Source of the DNA: an uncultured virus (IMG/VR IMGVR_UViG_3300048919_000076)
Taxonomy: Duplodnaviria; Heunggongvirae; Uroviricota; Caudoviricetes
Length of the DNA stretch: 64,000 nt
Reading direction: 5' to 3' (one strand)
IMG/VR virus record: IMGVR_UViG_3300048919_000076
Positions within the stretch are counted from its first letter, which is position 1. The number at the start of each line of letters is the position of its first letter. The position numbers were made by a program, and so were the translations under genes. The notes beneath the pieces were generated by a model that ran no database searches, was not told where the DNA came from, and saw nothing but the letters and a program-made list of their open reading frames with translations. Below are positions 18,937-29,453 of the stretch, one piece after another.

Positions 18937-20376
18937 TTATGTAATGATGATGTTGACGCTTGACAGGGATGCTATCTGGTCAAAGTTTATAACTACGTTA
19001 CTAGTACCGACAGGACTTGGTGAAGTGCCAATCTTCAAAGATACAACTTCATGGCCGGGGATAGAATTTATTGGAGTATACAAACGGCTATAAATAACAT
19101 CATCACCTGTACCTAAGTTATCAGCGAAGTATTGAATCAAGGCACTCTGGATAGCTGCGTTACCATTAGCTGGGAAGTTGACATTAGTGGTGATGTCAAT
19201 ACTAATGTAGATAACAACAGGGGTTGGTCTAGAGAAGCTTACGTCGTGAGCGATGCCCTGTATATCGTTAATTGATACGGTAGTATTGCCATAACTCAAA
19301 ATACCAATTGGTTTGTTATCCCAAATAGCATTTGCAATATCTGTACTCAAACCACCAACAACGATTGGAAGAAAGCTGTGTGCAGGAACACCATTACCAT
19401 CTACAACACTTGTATCATTCTCATAAATAGTTACTTCACTAACATTATCTAAGTTGATGAGAGCGGAGTAGATAGCATCTAAAGTGTTAGTTGCACGATC
19501 AAACTTACCGTTACGAAAGCGTAAACGAAGCTGCTCATCCGTCTCACGATCTTCGCCGGGAGTTGCTGCAATTGGGTTGATTACACTGTCCCAACCAAGC
19601 ATCGGTGTGAGGATAGTGTCAACGGTGTTTGCAGGCTGTACGATAATGCCGGAATTAACAGCAACAACTTCACCAACTGTTCGTACTTTGTTAATACCAA
19701 GATTAACAGATGTTGTAAAGTTAACAGTCTGGAAGATATCTAAACGATCAATTACAAGCATTGTGCCAACAACTGAAGATACAAGACTAGGATGAGCACC
19801 AGCAATAACGCCTTGCAACCCAGCCAAGATTTCAGCTACAGTAGCACTTGCATCAGATGTAAATGTGATGGTGTTAGAGGTTGTTGTATTGGTATAAGTG
19901 ATGGTGTAAGCTGTGCTATTCTGTAAGGTGACTACGGAGACGGTGATACCGCTAGCGTTGCTGGGAGATAGAGAAATAGCACCAACTGTAGTGAATTGTT
20001 CACCAGTTGTAGAGCTACTTACTGTCTGTCCAACAGGGATAAGAGTGTTCGTATCCCCAGCTACCAGAATAGATGATGTGGTGAAAGTTTGTTCTTTACG
20101 TGTAATACCAGCGTATGCTACCAGATTATCTAGAGCAATCCCTGTTGCAGAGTTTGGGTCAAAGGCTGCGTATACTTCTTGAGCAGCTTCCCAAAGGTCA
20201 GCTTCACTTGGAGCAGCTAGGGAGATTAGGCGACCTAGTGCTGAAGAGTCTGAAACGTCGACCGTATCACCGGGAATCGTCAAATCTTGAAATAATTGAA
20301 CAGCCAAGGCCCTGTCATCAGCAAGGATATCAGCCAATCTTTTTATAATAAATCCCTGATCAGTAATACCTGCCAT
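18937..20376 (-). CDS. Baseplate J-like wedge protein
   Basis: ATG.ALD.L....GI.R; G.D.ETDEQLRLR. Confidence 0.9.
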   Translation of the reverse strand: MAGITDQGFIIKRLADILADDRALAVQLFQDLTIPGDTVDVSDSSALGRLISLAAPSEADLWEAAQEVYAAFDPNSATGIALDNLVAYAGITRKEQTFTTSSILVAGDTNTLIPVGQTVSSSTTGEQFTTVGAISLSPSNASGITVSVVTLQNSTAYTITYTNTTTSNTITFTSDASATVAEILAGLQGVIAGAHPSLVSSVVGTMLVIDRLDIFQTVNFTTSVNLGINKVRTVGEVVAVNSGIIVQPANTVDTILTPMLGWDSVINPIAATPGEDRETDEQLRLRFRNGKFDRATNTLDAIYSALINLDNVSEVTIYENDTSVVDGNGVPAHSFLPIVVGGLSTDIANAIWDNKPIGILSYGNTTVSINDIQGIAHDVSFSRPTPVVIYISIDITTNVNFPANGNAAIQSALIQYFADNLGTGDDVIYSRLYTPINSIPGHEVVSLKIGTSPSPVGTSNVVINFDQIASLSSVNIIIT

Positions 20377-21313
20377 TAGCTAGATCCTTATACTGGTTTG
20401 TTTGAAAATCTACTAGTTCCCCCAAATCTGTAATAGATATGGTTTCAGTAAATCCGCTGGGAAGTTCCCATTGTGAAAAATATGAACCGAATGTTTTCCT
20501 AATCAACCTTTCATGTAGCTGGGCATCGAGACCTGTTGAATAATCCCAAGAGTAAGCTAATTCAAAATTAATATCTAATGGACGACAGTCTCTTTTGTGT
20601 TCGTAAAGACGTCTTTCAATATCACAAGTAATCCCGTACTTATAACCTTGTAAGATATTATCTTCAGAAATCACTCGTAGAATATATAGCTTTGCTGGTA
20701 ACGAAGGGTTGAAGCCTGAAAAGGCACAGTGAGGACAGGCACAGTTTCTCCTAATACTGCCTATTTTAGTTATCCAATCCTTACCACAAAAATCGCAATT
20801 AAGACTAAACTCTATTTCTCTGACCCTTTTCTCGATCTTGTAATCTACAAAGTTAACTGTAAAATTATTCTTCTGACCTTTTTCAGAAACCTTATTAAAA
20901 AGATCTTCTTTAGATGGACGAGTGTTGTTTGCACAAACCCTACAACCTTTTTGACTAAAAGCAACGCCACTGTAAGTACCTTCCCAGTGGAAGTCACAAG
21001 TATTACATTTTAGTTTTATAGGGTCGTGGGACTTACCAATAACTTCGTCTAATAGGGTAATACCAAGTTTATTAAGAATCGGCAACATTCTTTCAATTTT
21101 TCTCTCAGAGTTCGTGCCAAACTTACCACTACAAATACAAGGCTTCCGGCCTGATAAAATTGAAGCTGCTGTTACAGTGGAAACCAGAGAACAGATAATA
21201 CATTTAACGGTAAACCTTGATCGTTGATTTTTGCCAAACTCTAGAACTTCGTAATTAGCCCCATTTTGGGAGTAAATACTATCTTTATAATATTCTGATA
21301 AAAGCATATTCAA
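20360..21313 (-). CDS. Putative homing endonuclease (zinc-ribbon repeats plus GIY-YIG-like C-terminal domain)
   Basis: Repeated CxxC...CxxC; GFNPSLPAKLYIL...YKYGIT.DIERR; G.TE; inserted among baseplate genes. Confidence 0.75.
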   Translation of the reverse strand: MNMLLSEYYKDSIYSQNGANYEVLEFGKNQRSRFTVKCIICSLVSTVTAASILSGRKPCICSGKFGTNSERKIERMLPILNKLGITLLDEVIGKSHDPIKLKCNTCDFHWEGTYSGVAFSQKGCRVCANNTRPSKEDLFNKVSEKGQKNNFTVNFVDYKIEKRVREIEFSLNCDFCGKDWITKIGSIRRNCACPHCAFSGFNPSLPAKLYILRVISEDNILQGYKYGITCDIERRLYEHKRDCRPLDINFELAYSWDYSTGLDAQLHERLIRKTFGSYFSQWELPSGFTETISITDLGELVDFQTNQYKDLANGRYY

Positions 21314-21684
21314 TTCAACGGATCAAGAGAAATGGGTGTTGTAATTTCCCCAGTAACAACTCTTACGCTGAATACCAGAGAATACTTACGATTTACAAAA
21401 GTAGAATTAAAGGTAACAATTTCCTTTACACCCTGCTCTTTTAATATTTCCTGTTGGAAAATCAGATCAGCCGCTGCTTTAGAAGTTTGCTTTTGTCCAA
21501 GGAGTCTTTGGAACCAAGGAACACCATAAGTAGTGTCCAAAAACCATTCTTGACGAAAAGTAAGTAAACGTATCTTTAGCCGTTGTCCAACAGTTTCAGT
21601 AAGAGGTTGAGTTGTATCTTCTCTCTGCAATGGCCCGTTGTGCCAGATAATATCCCAAGATGCGGGCTCAAGTTTGAAGTCCAA
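21310..21684 (-). CDS. Baseplate wedge protein (gp25-like)
   Basis: QRLKIRL..F..EWFLD...GVPW; AAGGAG RBS before TTG at 21684. Confidence 0.75.
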   Translation of the reverse strand: MDFKLEPASWDIIWHNGPLQREDTTQPLTETVGQRLKIRLLTFRQEWFLDTTYGVPWFQRLLGQKQTSKAAADLIFQQEILKEQGVKEIVTFNSTFVNRKYSLVFSVRVVTGEITTPISLDPLN

Positions 21685-21694
21685 AAGTATCTCC

Positions 21695-22480
21695 TTATGC
21701 TGTAGGAGTACCAGAAGTACCACCGCCAACTGTAACGCCAATGTGTTTGTGGGTAGAGAATGGAATACCGTTGAAGGTTGCAATCCCAGTGATTGTATAA
21801 TTACCAATTTGAACAAGATTACCTTGTAGGTTGATATTACCAATCCAAGTTGTAACGTCCGCATCAACTACCATACTTGGGGTATTCAAATTAATGCTTG
21901 TTGCAGCATTAATAGTGACGTCGGAACCTTCAATAATAATCGGCATATTGCTTGTTGTAATTCCAATACTGCCGTCTGACTTAATTCTAACTTCAGCTTC
22001 TACGCCACCAAGATTGCCGAATAGAACAGTATCCTTAGTATCGTGAGTGAGTACATGCTTTGCTGGGTTATTAACAGCTACACCGGGAGGCTGAATCCCC
22101 GGAAGGAATATTGCATCTCCTTTGTCCATCTTGGCAAAGTTGGCTGGACTAGATGGTCTGCCATTTCCACCTTTCCAACCATCCATATTTCTCATCGAGA
22201 ATATTGCCATACCCGTATCCCCAACTTCAATTGGGAATGTGAAGCCTGCCTTCTTAGAGACTTGGAACGAGATAGGAACACCGCCAATAGTGGGGTACTC
22301 TTTTACAGTCCCGTCTTGAAACTTTTGATTGATGGTTGGTTGGATATCTACCATCTGCCCATTTAATCCGTCACGTACAGCAACAACGATACAAGGAATA
22401 TTGGTAAAGACATTATCCATCTGACTATCGAAAGCGCTTACTAGAGAGGCTTGGATAGCTGCTACAGCTTCTGAACTCAT
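21695..22480 (-). CDS. Baseplate central spike (gpV/Gp138-like)
   Basis: VDIQP, FPIEVGD.G...F, C-terminal HxH iron site (THKH..V..G..TSGTP). Confidence 0.88.
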   Translation of the reverse strand: MSSEAVAAIQASLVSAFDSQMDNVFTNIPCIVVAVRDGLNGQMVDIQPTINQKFQDGTVKEYPTIGGVPISFQVSKKAGFTFPIEVGDTGMAIFSMRNMDGWKGGNGRPSSPANFAKMDKGDAIFLPGIQPPGVAVNNPAKHVLTHDTKDTVLFGNLGGVEAEVRIKSDGSIGITTSNMPIIIEGSDVTINAATSINLNTPSMVVDADVTTWIGNINLQGNLVQIGNYTITGIATFNGIPFSTHKHIGVTVGGGTSGTPTA

Positions 22481-23379
22481 TTAGTTGCAGCTCCTTGTTG
22501 AATAACTTTCTCAAGACTAGTAGCACGTATCTCAGTGTACCAACCTGAACTTCTCCAACCACCAGAATGTCTTAAAGTGTCCACCTTAAACCACCCAGTA
22601 ATTAACGTATCTTCAAGCCTAATGATATCACCCGCCCGTATGTCGGGATTTAACAGAATCTTCATCTGTACACCGGGCTTTTTAACTTTATCTTTCTTAG
22701 AGCGTTGTCGATCACCAGAAACTCTGTAAGCACTTTCAATTAAGCCCGTACCTTCCGATATAACATAAGCTTGCTGAAAGTTCTCAGAGTTTCCTCTGTC
22801 ATTGTCATGAATATAGACAACACCATCATCTAGTTGCCAGTTGCAAGCGTACTTCTCACAAATCTCATCCAACATCTCTTTGGGCGTGCCGCTTAGTGGA
22901 TATCCGTATATGAGAGGATTGCTAAGATTAGTTCCGTTAAATACTCCACGATCTGCACCAATGGCCTTGATAAGCCGATTAGCTGCATCTTTAGGGCTTT
23001 GGCCTTCTGGGACAAACTCAGATAAAACTTGATGGTTAAGTTCGGTGTAGCCTGTACCCATTGTGATTTGGGTAACACGATCAGTACCTGATTTACGTGT
23101 TGAGGTGTGGGTTACTTGACCTGAAAATAGACGCTTGGGCCCACCAGTATCCAAGTAACCAGCGCTGAAGACTGCTGCTGGGTAGTCAGTATCTAGGAGT
23201 TTGATATGCTCAAGAGATAGGTTGTACACTTCAATACTTGCACTATTAGTTTTCTTTTTATTATCTGAGCTTTTACTAATGTCAAATGTAACTTGAAGAT
23301 CAGTGACCTGCAAACCTTCTCCAGTCTGAAAATCCCCAATGATAAGTTCGTACTGGCGATTCCTCTGGATTAAGTCCAT
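22477..23379 (-). CDS. Baseplate hub protein
   Basis: Position; A.IEVYNLS; LLNP.I..G. Confidence 0.75.
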   Translation of the reverse strand: MDLIQRNRQYELIIGDFQTGEGLQVTDLQVTFDISKSSDNKKKTNSASIEVYNLSLEHIKLLDTDYPAAVFSAGYLDTGGPKRLFSGQVTHTSTRKSGTDRVTQITMGTGYTELNHQVLSEFVPEGQSPKDAANRLIKAIGADRGVFNGTNLSNPLIYGYPLSGTPKEMLDEICEKYACNWQLDDGVVYIHDNDRGNSENFQQAYVISEGTGLIESAYRVSGDRQRSKKDKVKKPGVQMKILLNPDIRAGDIIRLEDTLITGWFKVDTLRHSGGWRSSGWYTEIRATSLEKVIQQGAATK

Positions 23380-23717
23380 TAATCTTCCTCGGTGGTATAG
23401 ATGTAGAAGAGATTGTAATACTGATCAATTGAATCAGGATAAACTTTATAAGGTTCACTAATAATATCTGCTTTCTCTTCCATCCAGATAAATCCTGTCA
23501 ACGGAAAGATTGCATAGTCCAAGAATATTGGATAATTAGGAACTAGAGCTTCACCTAAAACAACAGGATTGTTATCAGCATCATACAAATTGATAAAGTA
23601 CAGCTTAGCCCTTTCATTATAGATAAACTCAAAGATGTATGAGTCACCTTGAAAGGCTATGGTATAAGTGTAATATGTGTCACCAAACAAAGGCATTGCT
23701 ATATATTTATCAGCCAT
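23379..23717 (-). CDS. Baseplate/virion protein
   Basis: Position in the baseplate cluster. Confidence 0.6.
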   Translation of the reverse strand: MADKYIAMPLFGDTYYTYTIAFQGDSYIFEFIYNERAKLYFINLYDADNNPVVLGEALVPNYPIFLDYAIFPLTGFIWMEEKADIISEPYKVYPDSIDQYYNLFYIYTTEED

Positions 23718-24495
23718 TAGCTCTTGCCTGCCTTAGCGGATCAGTGTCTTTAGGGGAGTTACCACTACCAACATCTTGTGGTGTACTGTCTTGTTTACCT
23801 TTAGAGTTCTTACTAGAAGCTTTCTTTTTCAAAGCATCCTGCACATCTTTGGGAATGACAGTTTTCTTCAAGAAAGCAAAAGTAACTTGCTCAAACGTGA
23901 TGTCACAATAAAGACCATACCCAGTGTTAGGATCTTCTTTGAAAGTAATCTTAGTCATTACAAGATTATTGATTACTTTACGTAGCAGTGTGTTATCATA
24001 CTCAAACAAGCGTACGAGCTGAATACTCGGATCAAATTGACCGGTCTTGTCGTTAAAAACAACACCGGCAGTAAGATCAATAAGAGCTTGTCTAATCTGC
24101 TCAATAAGATCAGCACGCCTACTATCAATAACTACTTCAGGAGTACTGTCTGACAGAAACTGACCAATGCTGTCCGGGATAAACTTCTTCAAGACACTTT
24201 GATCTGTGGAGTTTACACTAACAGCATTAGGAGCTTCGTTACTGTTGTAAGGGTTGTTGCCATCCAAGTCTTGAATTAGGTAAGTACCAGTAGAGATATC
24301 TACACCAGTAATTACGGCACCAATTGTAAAGGTGGGATTATTACGGATAAAGTGATCAGTAACATTAGATCCGCCGTCAATTGGGTGTTTTGTCACACTA
24401 CCAGTATAACTTTGAGTGTACGCGACCGTCGCATCCAGATAGATGAATCCGCCATCTTGAATTGAGGAGTCACCCCATTCGATTGCCAAACTCAT
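23710..24495 (-). CDS. Tail tube initiator/baseplate protein
   Basis: VTKHPIDGG..VTDH motif, directly after the tape measure gene. Confidence 0.7.
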   Translation of the reverse strand: MSLAIEWGDSSIQDGGFIYLDATVAYTQSYTGSVTKHPIDGGSNVTDHFIRNNPTFTIGAVITGVDISTGTYLIQDLDGNNPYNSNEAPNAVSVNSTDQSVLKKFIPDSIGQFLSDSTPEVVIDSRRADLIEQIRQALIDLTAGVVFNDKTGQFDPSIQLVRLFEYDNTLLRKVINNLVMTKITFKEDPNTGYGLYCDITFEQVTFAFLKKTVIPKDVQDALKKKASSKNSKGKQDSTPQDVGSGNSPKDTDPLRQARANG

Positions 24496-24505
24496 AGGTG
24501 ACTCC

Positions 24506-26392
24506 TTATTGTTTTACTGGGAACTGGACATTAACTTGATCGAATGATTGAACAAACATATTTGCTACAGCTTCACCAATAGCTTGAGCTTGAGCATTTG
24601 CGTCCATACCCTGAAGCGTTGAGCCATCAACATTAACTTCAATGTTGATTTCATTGCTATTGTTATTCACAATACCCATTGCTTTATCTTCAGCCGCTGC
24701 CTTGGCCATTTCAGCTTGTTGATCATCATAACCAGCAGCATCATGGTAGTAGAGAGAATTAGGATCGTCATAAACCGCACGGCCTCTTTCGCGGGCTTTG
24801 TTCATGTTAAAGCCAGTGTTGTTTATAATGTCACCAACAATGGCTGCTGGTGAAGCATACTCTAAACCAAACAAATTAGCTTTTTCAGTGGAACTATTAC
24901 TTGTCTCGGAAGTTGGAAGCGATCCACTTTTCCACTTCTGGAATTCAGCAATCGCATTCATGATAGAGGCAATTTCTTTTGCTGTGGCTTCAAGTGTTGG
25001 GAGGAAGTCAAACTTAATACTGGAGATATCTGTGAAGATTTGCTTAATATCTGTCCAGTCTTTCTTGAGTTGTGCCGTCTTATCAGCACCTAACCAATCA
25101 GCTACAACACTATCCTTGCCTTCTAAAGCCCTCATGAACGATTGTGGAAAAAGGAGTAGATCATCGGCCCACTTAGTGGCCTCATTAAAGCCCTCAGCCA
25201 ACCCCTTAACCAGAGTACCACTCTCACTCAATCCTGCGTTTAATGTGCGGAATATACGCGCAAAACCCTCTTCTACACCAGCATCAGAGGCTACAATAGC
25301 CATATCATTAACAGTATTCTGATAACGGGCTTGTTCAGCCTGAGATGCCTGAGAAGCCTTTACCAATCCCGGCTGGGAACGTTCACTTGCAATATTGGCT
25401 GCGTAGTTGAGGATATTACCACGAACTTGCCCCTTCTTCATTGCAGCTTCAAGTGCAATGATAGCAGCGCTTCCTGTAAGATCCCCCTTTCCCTTACCAG
25501 TTTCTCTCAACTGCTGTTGATAAGCTTGTGCAAAGATATCTTTGGCACCGGGAAGGCTGTTGCCAAGTTGTTTTGTCAGCTCTTCTGCTTGCAGTTTATC
25601 TTTACCGGCAATTTGAGAGAGTGCGTTAAATACTAGTTTCTGTCTTGCTGGAGAGAGCTTGTTAACACGCCCGTATTCAGCAAAACCTTTAAAGATGTTC
25701 TGTGACTGCGCTACAGTACCACCAGCACCTAAGAGGTTAGAGGTAAGTACGTTGAAATCACCAGATGAGTCAAGGTAGTTGAAACCTACACGGTTCGCAG
25801 TCTTGCGCAGCCAATCAAAAGATTGTTCACCTTGTTCAGCCGTACCGCCATTCCCTGTGATCACTGCTTGAGTTTGAAGCTGAGCAGCAACTACTTCTTG
25901 GTTACGTTTATTAAGAGCATTAAGCCCATAACCACCAAGACCAAGCGCAATGGCAGGACCAAGTAAACTTGGCATTCCACGAGTACGACCAACTCCTCCA
26001 GCAACTGCCCCAGTAACAGCGGCCTCTCTTACACGCCTCCCCGGTGGAGTGACAGGAGGGATGTGCGGAGGTTGAATAGTTGGCCTTAGAGGGTGGGCCA
26101 TCCCGGCTCGGGCCATTGCCAAGCCAACAGTCTGATTCAGTGCAGCTTGGTTGACAACAAATCTGTTAATGTCGAAGACAACACGATTACTAGCTATGTC
26201 CAAAGCAGTACCAAGAACTCTTTCAAGTTTGCGTTGGTCAACTGTAAAGTTACCAATACCAAAGCTTAGATTACCAAAAGCACTAAACTTCTTAAGTTTT
26301 TTCTCAAGAGTATCTAGGGCTTTATCAACCTTCTTCAATCCTTTGGTGTCTACATCAAAACCGAGTGACGCAAAGTATTTTGCAATCTGCAC
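24506..26392 (-). CDS. Tape measure protein
   Basis: Ala/Gly-rich; ALSQI.GK.KLQAEEL..QL...LPGA. Confidence 0.92.
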   Translation of the reverse strand: MQIAKYFASLGFDVDTKGLKKVDKALDTLEKKLKKFSAFGNLSFGIGNFTVDQRKLERVLGTALDIASNRVVFDINRFVVNQAALNQTVGLAMARAGMAHPLRPTIQPPHIPPVTPPGRRVREAAVTGAVAGGVGRTRGMPSLLGPAIALGLGGYGLNALNKRNQEVVAAQLQTQAVITGNGGTAEQGEQSFDWLRKTANRVGFNYLDSSGDFNVLTSNLLGAGGTVAQSQNIFKGFAEYGRVNKLSPARQKLVFNALSQIAGKDKLQAEELTKQLGNSLPGAKDIFAQAYQQQLRETGKGKGDLTGSAAIIALEAAMKKGQVRGNILNYAANIASERSQPGLVKASQASQAEQARYQNTVNDMAIVASDAGVEEGFARIFRTLNAGLSESGTLVKGLAEGFNEATKWADDLLLFPQSFMRALEGKDSVVADWLGADKTAQLKKDWTDIKQIFTDISSIKFDFLPTLEATAKEIASIMNAIAEFQKWKSGSLPTSETSNSSTEKANLFGLEYASPAAIVGDIINNTGFNMNKARERGRAVYDDPNSLYYHDAAGYDDQQAEMAKAAAEDKAMGIVNNNSNEINIEVNVDGSTLQGMDANAQAQAIGEAVANMFVQSFDQVNVQFPVKQ

Positions 26393-26406
26393 TGTTTATT
26401 ACTCCG

Positions 26407-26978
26407 TCACTTTAGTTTATTTTTATCTGCTTTAGCTTTTTCTATAGCTTGCTGATGTAGAGAATCATACACATCCAGCATTTCAATCAACTTAAGCATC
26501 TGTCTTGTAGAATATTTCCATTCCATCTCAGATGCTAATTCCAACCCACCTTTCTCATGCATTGCAATTCTGTAAATACTCCAATGTTGAGAAAAGGTTT
26601 TGTCTATCTCTTGATCCAATCTTGTTTTACCCGATACAGGCTGTCCATTGGACTGTATTATTCTTCTGTATCGGGTGCCTGAAAAAGCTCTTCGAAGTTA
26701 AAGTTCAACACTTCCTTATAGAGCTTGTTCAAGTGGGCATATTTGCGAGAGAAGAAAACATCAAAAGACTTCTCAGTGATCTGCATATTATCTTTAGACA
26801 CATAGTTGCAGATGATTTGTTTCATCTGACTAAGGTCAGCTTTGCCTGCGTCAATAGCTTCTTGGTGCTTTTCAATAAAGATTAGACCCTTGGTTGCAGG
26901 CATAGCTGATACAAGGTATTCAATATCATCAACTGTAATAGTTGTTTGTTCAAGTACTTCAAATTTTGGAGCTGCCAT
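26407..26978 (-). CDS. Tail assembly chaperone pair (gpG 26658-26978 and -1 frameshifted gpGT to 26407)
   Basis: Lies between the tube genes and TMP. The -1 frame is open across CTTTTT (26687-26682) and an 11-bp stem follows. Confidence 0.75.
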
Positions 26979-27004
26979 TTATTTTATCTCAGAAATTACA
27001 TCAG

Positions 27005-27502
27005 TTAGAAAATGTTACTAATAAAATCAGTTGCTTCATTTACCGCACTGTCAAATAGACTTGTAGACGGACGAGTGTTGCCACCAATTTTATATGTGTC
27101 TGTTGACTGGCAAAAGATTTCCCAACCTCTGTATTCAAAGCCACCTGAATAAGTGGTAGTTGGGTATCCAGTAATGTATGCCTCATTGGATGAGAACACA
27201 CTTCCACCAGAGCCATCTTTCAACGTAAGGGCGATCCTTGCTGTACCTTCCTCTAAATCCAACTCATGGATATATGAAAGTACATCATTAGTTGGGGAGA
27301 ATTGAGCTAAGGAGAATTGAATAGTTGCTGAAGTATCTCTGTTGGGCACTCGTGTGTTTTTACCACGAATACCCCTGACAACACTAAAACCTTTGACAGT
27401 TCTGGATATAGAGATGGATTGCCAGCCAACAACTTGATAGCCACCGATGGTGAGTTTAACATCACCGGGACTATAAGTTGTTACCGTAAAACTATTTGCC
27501 AT
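27005..27502 (-). CDS. Tail tube-like structural protein
   Basis: YSP.DV...GG motif shared with the two neighbouring genes. Confidence 0.7.
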   Translation of the reverse strand: MANSFTVTTYSPGDVKLTIGGYQVVGWQSISISRTVKGFSVVRGIRGKNTRVPNRDTSATIQFSLAQFSPTNDVLSYIHELDLEEGTARIALTLKDGSGGSVFSSNEAYITGYPTTTYSGGFEYRGWEIFCQSTDTYKIGGNTRPSTSLFDSAVNEATDFISNIF

Positions 27503-28005
27503 CAGATAATTCCTTCTAGAATTGGTAGAGCACCTGTGGCAATATTAATTAAGTCTTGGAGGATACTTTGTTCATTTGCATTGCTGCCAATGTTGATAAC
27601 TGCTTGTGAACTTCTCAATACCCATGTCCGTGTATCTACAGAAGCGCTCTTTGACAAAGTTGGAAGACCCTCAATCCATGTAGTGGTACTGAAGAATAAA
27701 TCAGAGCCAGAGGAATCTTTACAGAGGAAGGCGAATTTCCCTCTTTGACTTATTTCATCAAGCTGCCAAAACTTAGTCAACACATCATTTGAGAAGGATC
27801 CAGCGTGAAGGGTCAGTGTGATTGTATAAGTCTGATCACTCTGATACAGCCTACCCATCTGACCATCCGCTGTCTTAACAGATGTGAATGGCATCATATC
27901 TTTATTAATGGATATGAAAGTTCCATCTACAAAACCCTCAACTGGCAAGATACCACCAATAAGGCAAACTACATCGTCTGGACAGTAGTTGAAAATTCCA
28001 GCCAT
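27502..28005 (-). CDS. Tail tube-like structural protein
   Basis: YCPDDV; GFVDGTFISI; ITLTL...S.SN.VL. Confidence 0.7.
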   Translation of the reverse strand: MAGIFNYCPDDVVCLIGGILPVEGFVDGTFISINKDMMPFTSVKTADGQMGRLYQSDQTYTITLTLHAGSFSNDVLTKFWQLDEISQRGKFAFLCKDSSGSDLFFSTTTWIEGLPTLSKSASVDTRTWVLRSSQAVINIGSNANEQSILQDLINIATGALPILEGII

Positions 28006-28018
28006 AAAAGCTCCTTAG

Positions 28019-28044
28019 AAAAGAGAGGGCAGACAAGCTGCCCC
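28019..28044 (-). terminator. Terminator (hairpin identical to 32711-32728)
   Basis: GGGGCAG-CTTGT-CTGCCCTC followed by TCTTTT on the minus strand. Confidence 0.7.
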
Positions 28045-28050
28045 ATTCAA

Positions 28051-28581
28051 TTATGGATTCAACTGCCAGCGCGGATCAACTTCACCACCAGCAGCTTCAA
28101 CTGCCGCAACTTCGGAATCACTAAGCGGAATATTGCCCCCAATAAAGAGGTCAGAACCAAACAAGTAGATAGCCCAGTCGCGGGTGCTAGTGTCTGAAGC
28201 AAATTGAACTGCTGGTGGTGCGACGATGATTGCGGTATTGGAACTAGCAACAGTCTGACCACTGGGATCTTTTAGGGTGCAGTTGAACACCCAATCGTTA
28301 TTAGTTGTGTTAGCATCAGCCAATTGCAACTGCTGTAGTACAGTATTACTTGGAGAGTACTGATGAAGTGTAATAGTTACATTCATACCTGTGTTCCGAC
28401 GACGTACTCTACCGAAGGCTGCGCCCCCAATCCCCTGATAAGGAATCGAACTCGGCTGTAACCTGTCCATACTAACAAAGGTTCCGTCTGCGAAGCCAGT
28501 AACAGTATGAACAAAATCACCCTTAGAAATTACAATCGTGAAATCATCGGGGGAATAACTACCAATAAAATTATCGGCCAT
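28051..28581 (-). CDS. Tail tube protein
   Basis: YSPDD; GFADGTFVS; follows the sheath gene. Confidence 0.8.
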   Translation of the reverse strand: MADNFIGSYSPDDFTIVISKGDFVHTVTGFADGTFVSMDRLQPSSIPYQGIGGAAFGRVRRRNTGMNVTITLHQYSPSNTVLQQLQLADANTTNNDWVFNCTLKDPSGQTVASSNTAIIVAPPAVQFASDTSTRDWAIYLFGSDLFIGGNIPLSDSEVAAVEAAGGEVDPRWQLNP

Positions 28582-28590
28582 TAGATTTTC

Positions 28591-29394
28591 CTATGCGTAT
28601 TGAAAATCAGGATGATTTTCTTTAATTCTTTTGTGAATGATATATTTCGAATGACCGGTAGCCTCTGTGGCGTGTTTAATACAGTCAAACTTAATATCAT
28701 TAATAATTACAGCAACAGAACTGTTATGATCTTTAGGATCAATACCAAAGAAGTTATTCTTCTCTCCATATTGATCCTTTTGTCTTTTCTTTGTTCCGGT
28801 AAAACCCTTATCTACACGATTCTGTACAGTGGCATAAGAAAGGGCTAGTTTATCAGCCGCTGTTTTTCGATTAGGAAACCAAAAGTCGCCTACAAAAACT
28901 GGATTATAAACCTCAGTTTGTTTGTAAACAATATCCTTCCTACCACGAATAATATCACCGAGAGTTCCGTTCCTTTGGCGATTTTTATAAGTAGATGTGG
29001 TAATATTTAATGCTTTGATAGCAACCCTTCGAACAGGGAACCAAAAACCACTTACGAAAACTGGCGTATCTCGCTTACTTCCGTTAACTGAATATCCGCG
29101 ACCAGCTTGACCACCCGGCTTAATATTATAACCGAACTTCTTTTCACAAGTTCTGTACAATGAAATAGCCTTTACTTCAAGATCTAAGATATAGTCCTTC
29201 GTGCCAATACAGGTAATTTCAAAAGAAAAGTTCTCCCTCCCATATTTATCCATGGCAACACGTATAATAGAAAATGCACTATGCCCCGTTTTCGAGAAAT
29301 GCCTTTGTTTTCTATTAGCTGGATTTGAAGTAATGCCTATATACATCTTACCGTTGATTTGGTTAACAATTTTATACAAGTAGCAATCTTTCAT
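28591..29394 (-). CDS. Free-standing GIY-YIG homing endonuclease
   Basis: YLYKIVNQINGKMYIGIT...R...H...E...GYN. Confidence 0.9.
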   Translation of the reverse strand: MKDCYLYKIVNQINGKMYIGITSNPANRKQRHFSKTGHSAFSIIRVAMDKYGRENFSFEITCIGTKDYILDLEVKAISLYRTCEKKFGYNIKPGGQAGRGYSVNGSKRDTPVFVSGFWFPVRRVAIKALNITTSTYKNRQRNGTLGDIIRGRKDIVYKQTEVYNPVFVGDFWFPNRKTAADKLALSYATVQNRVDKGFTGTKKRQKDQYGEKNNFFGIDPKDHNSSVAVIINDIKFDCIKHATEATGHSKYIIHKRIKENHPDFQYA

Positions 29395-29453
29395 AGAACC
29401 TCCTAAATAAAATGACTTAAATCATATCACCTAAAAGGTTCCATGTAAAGGAC

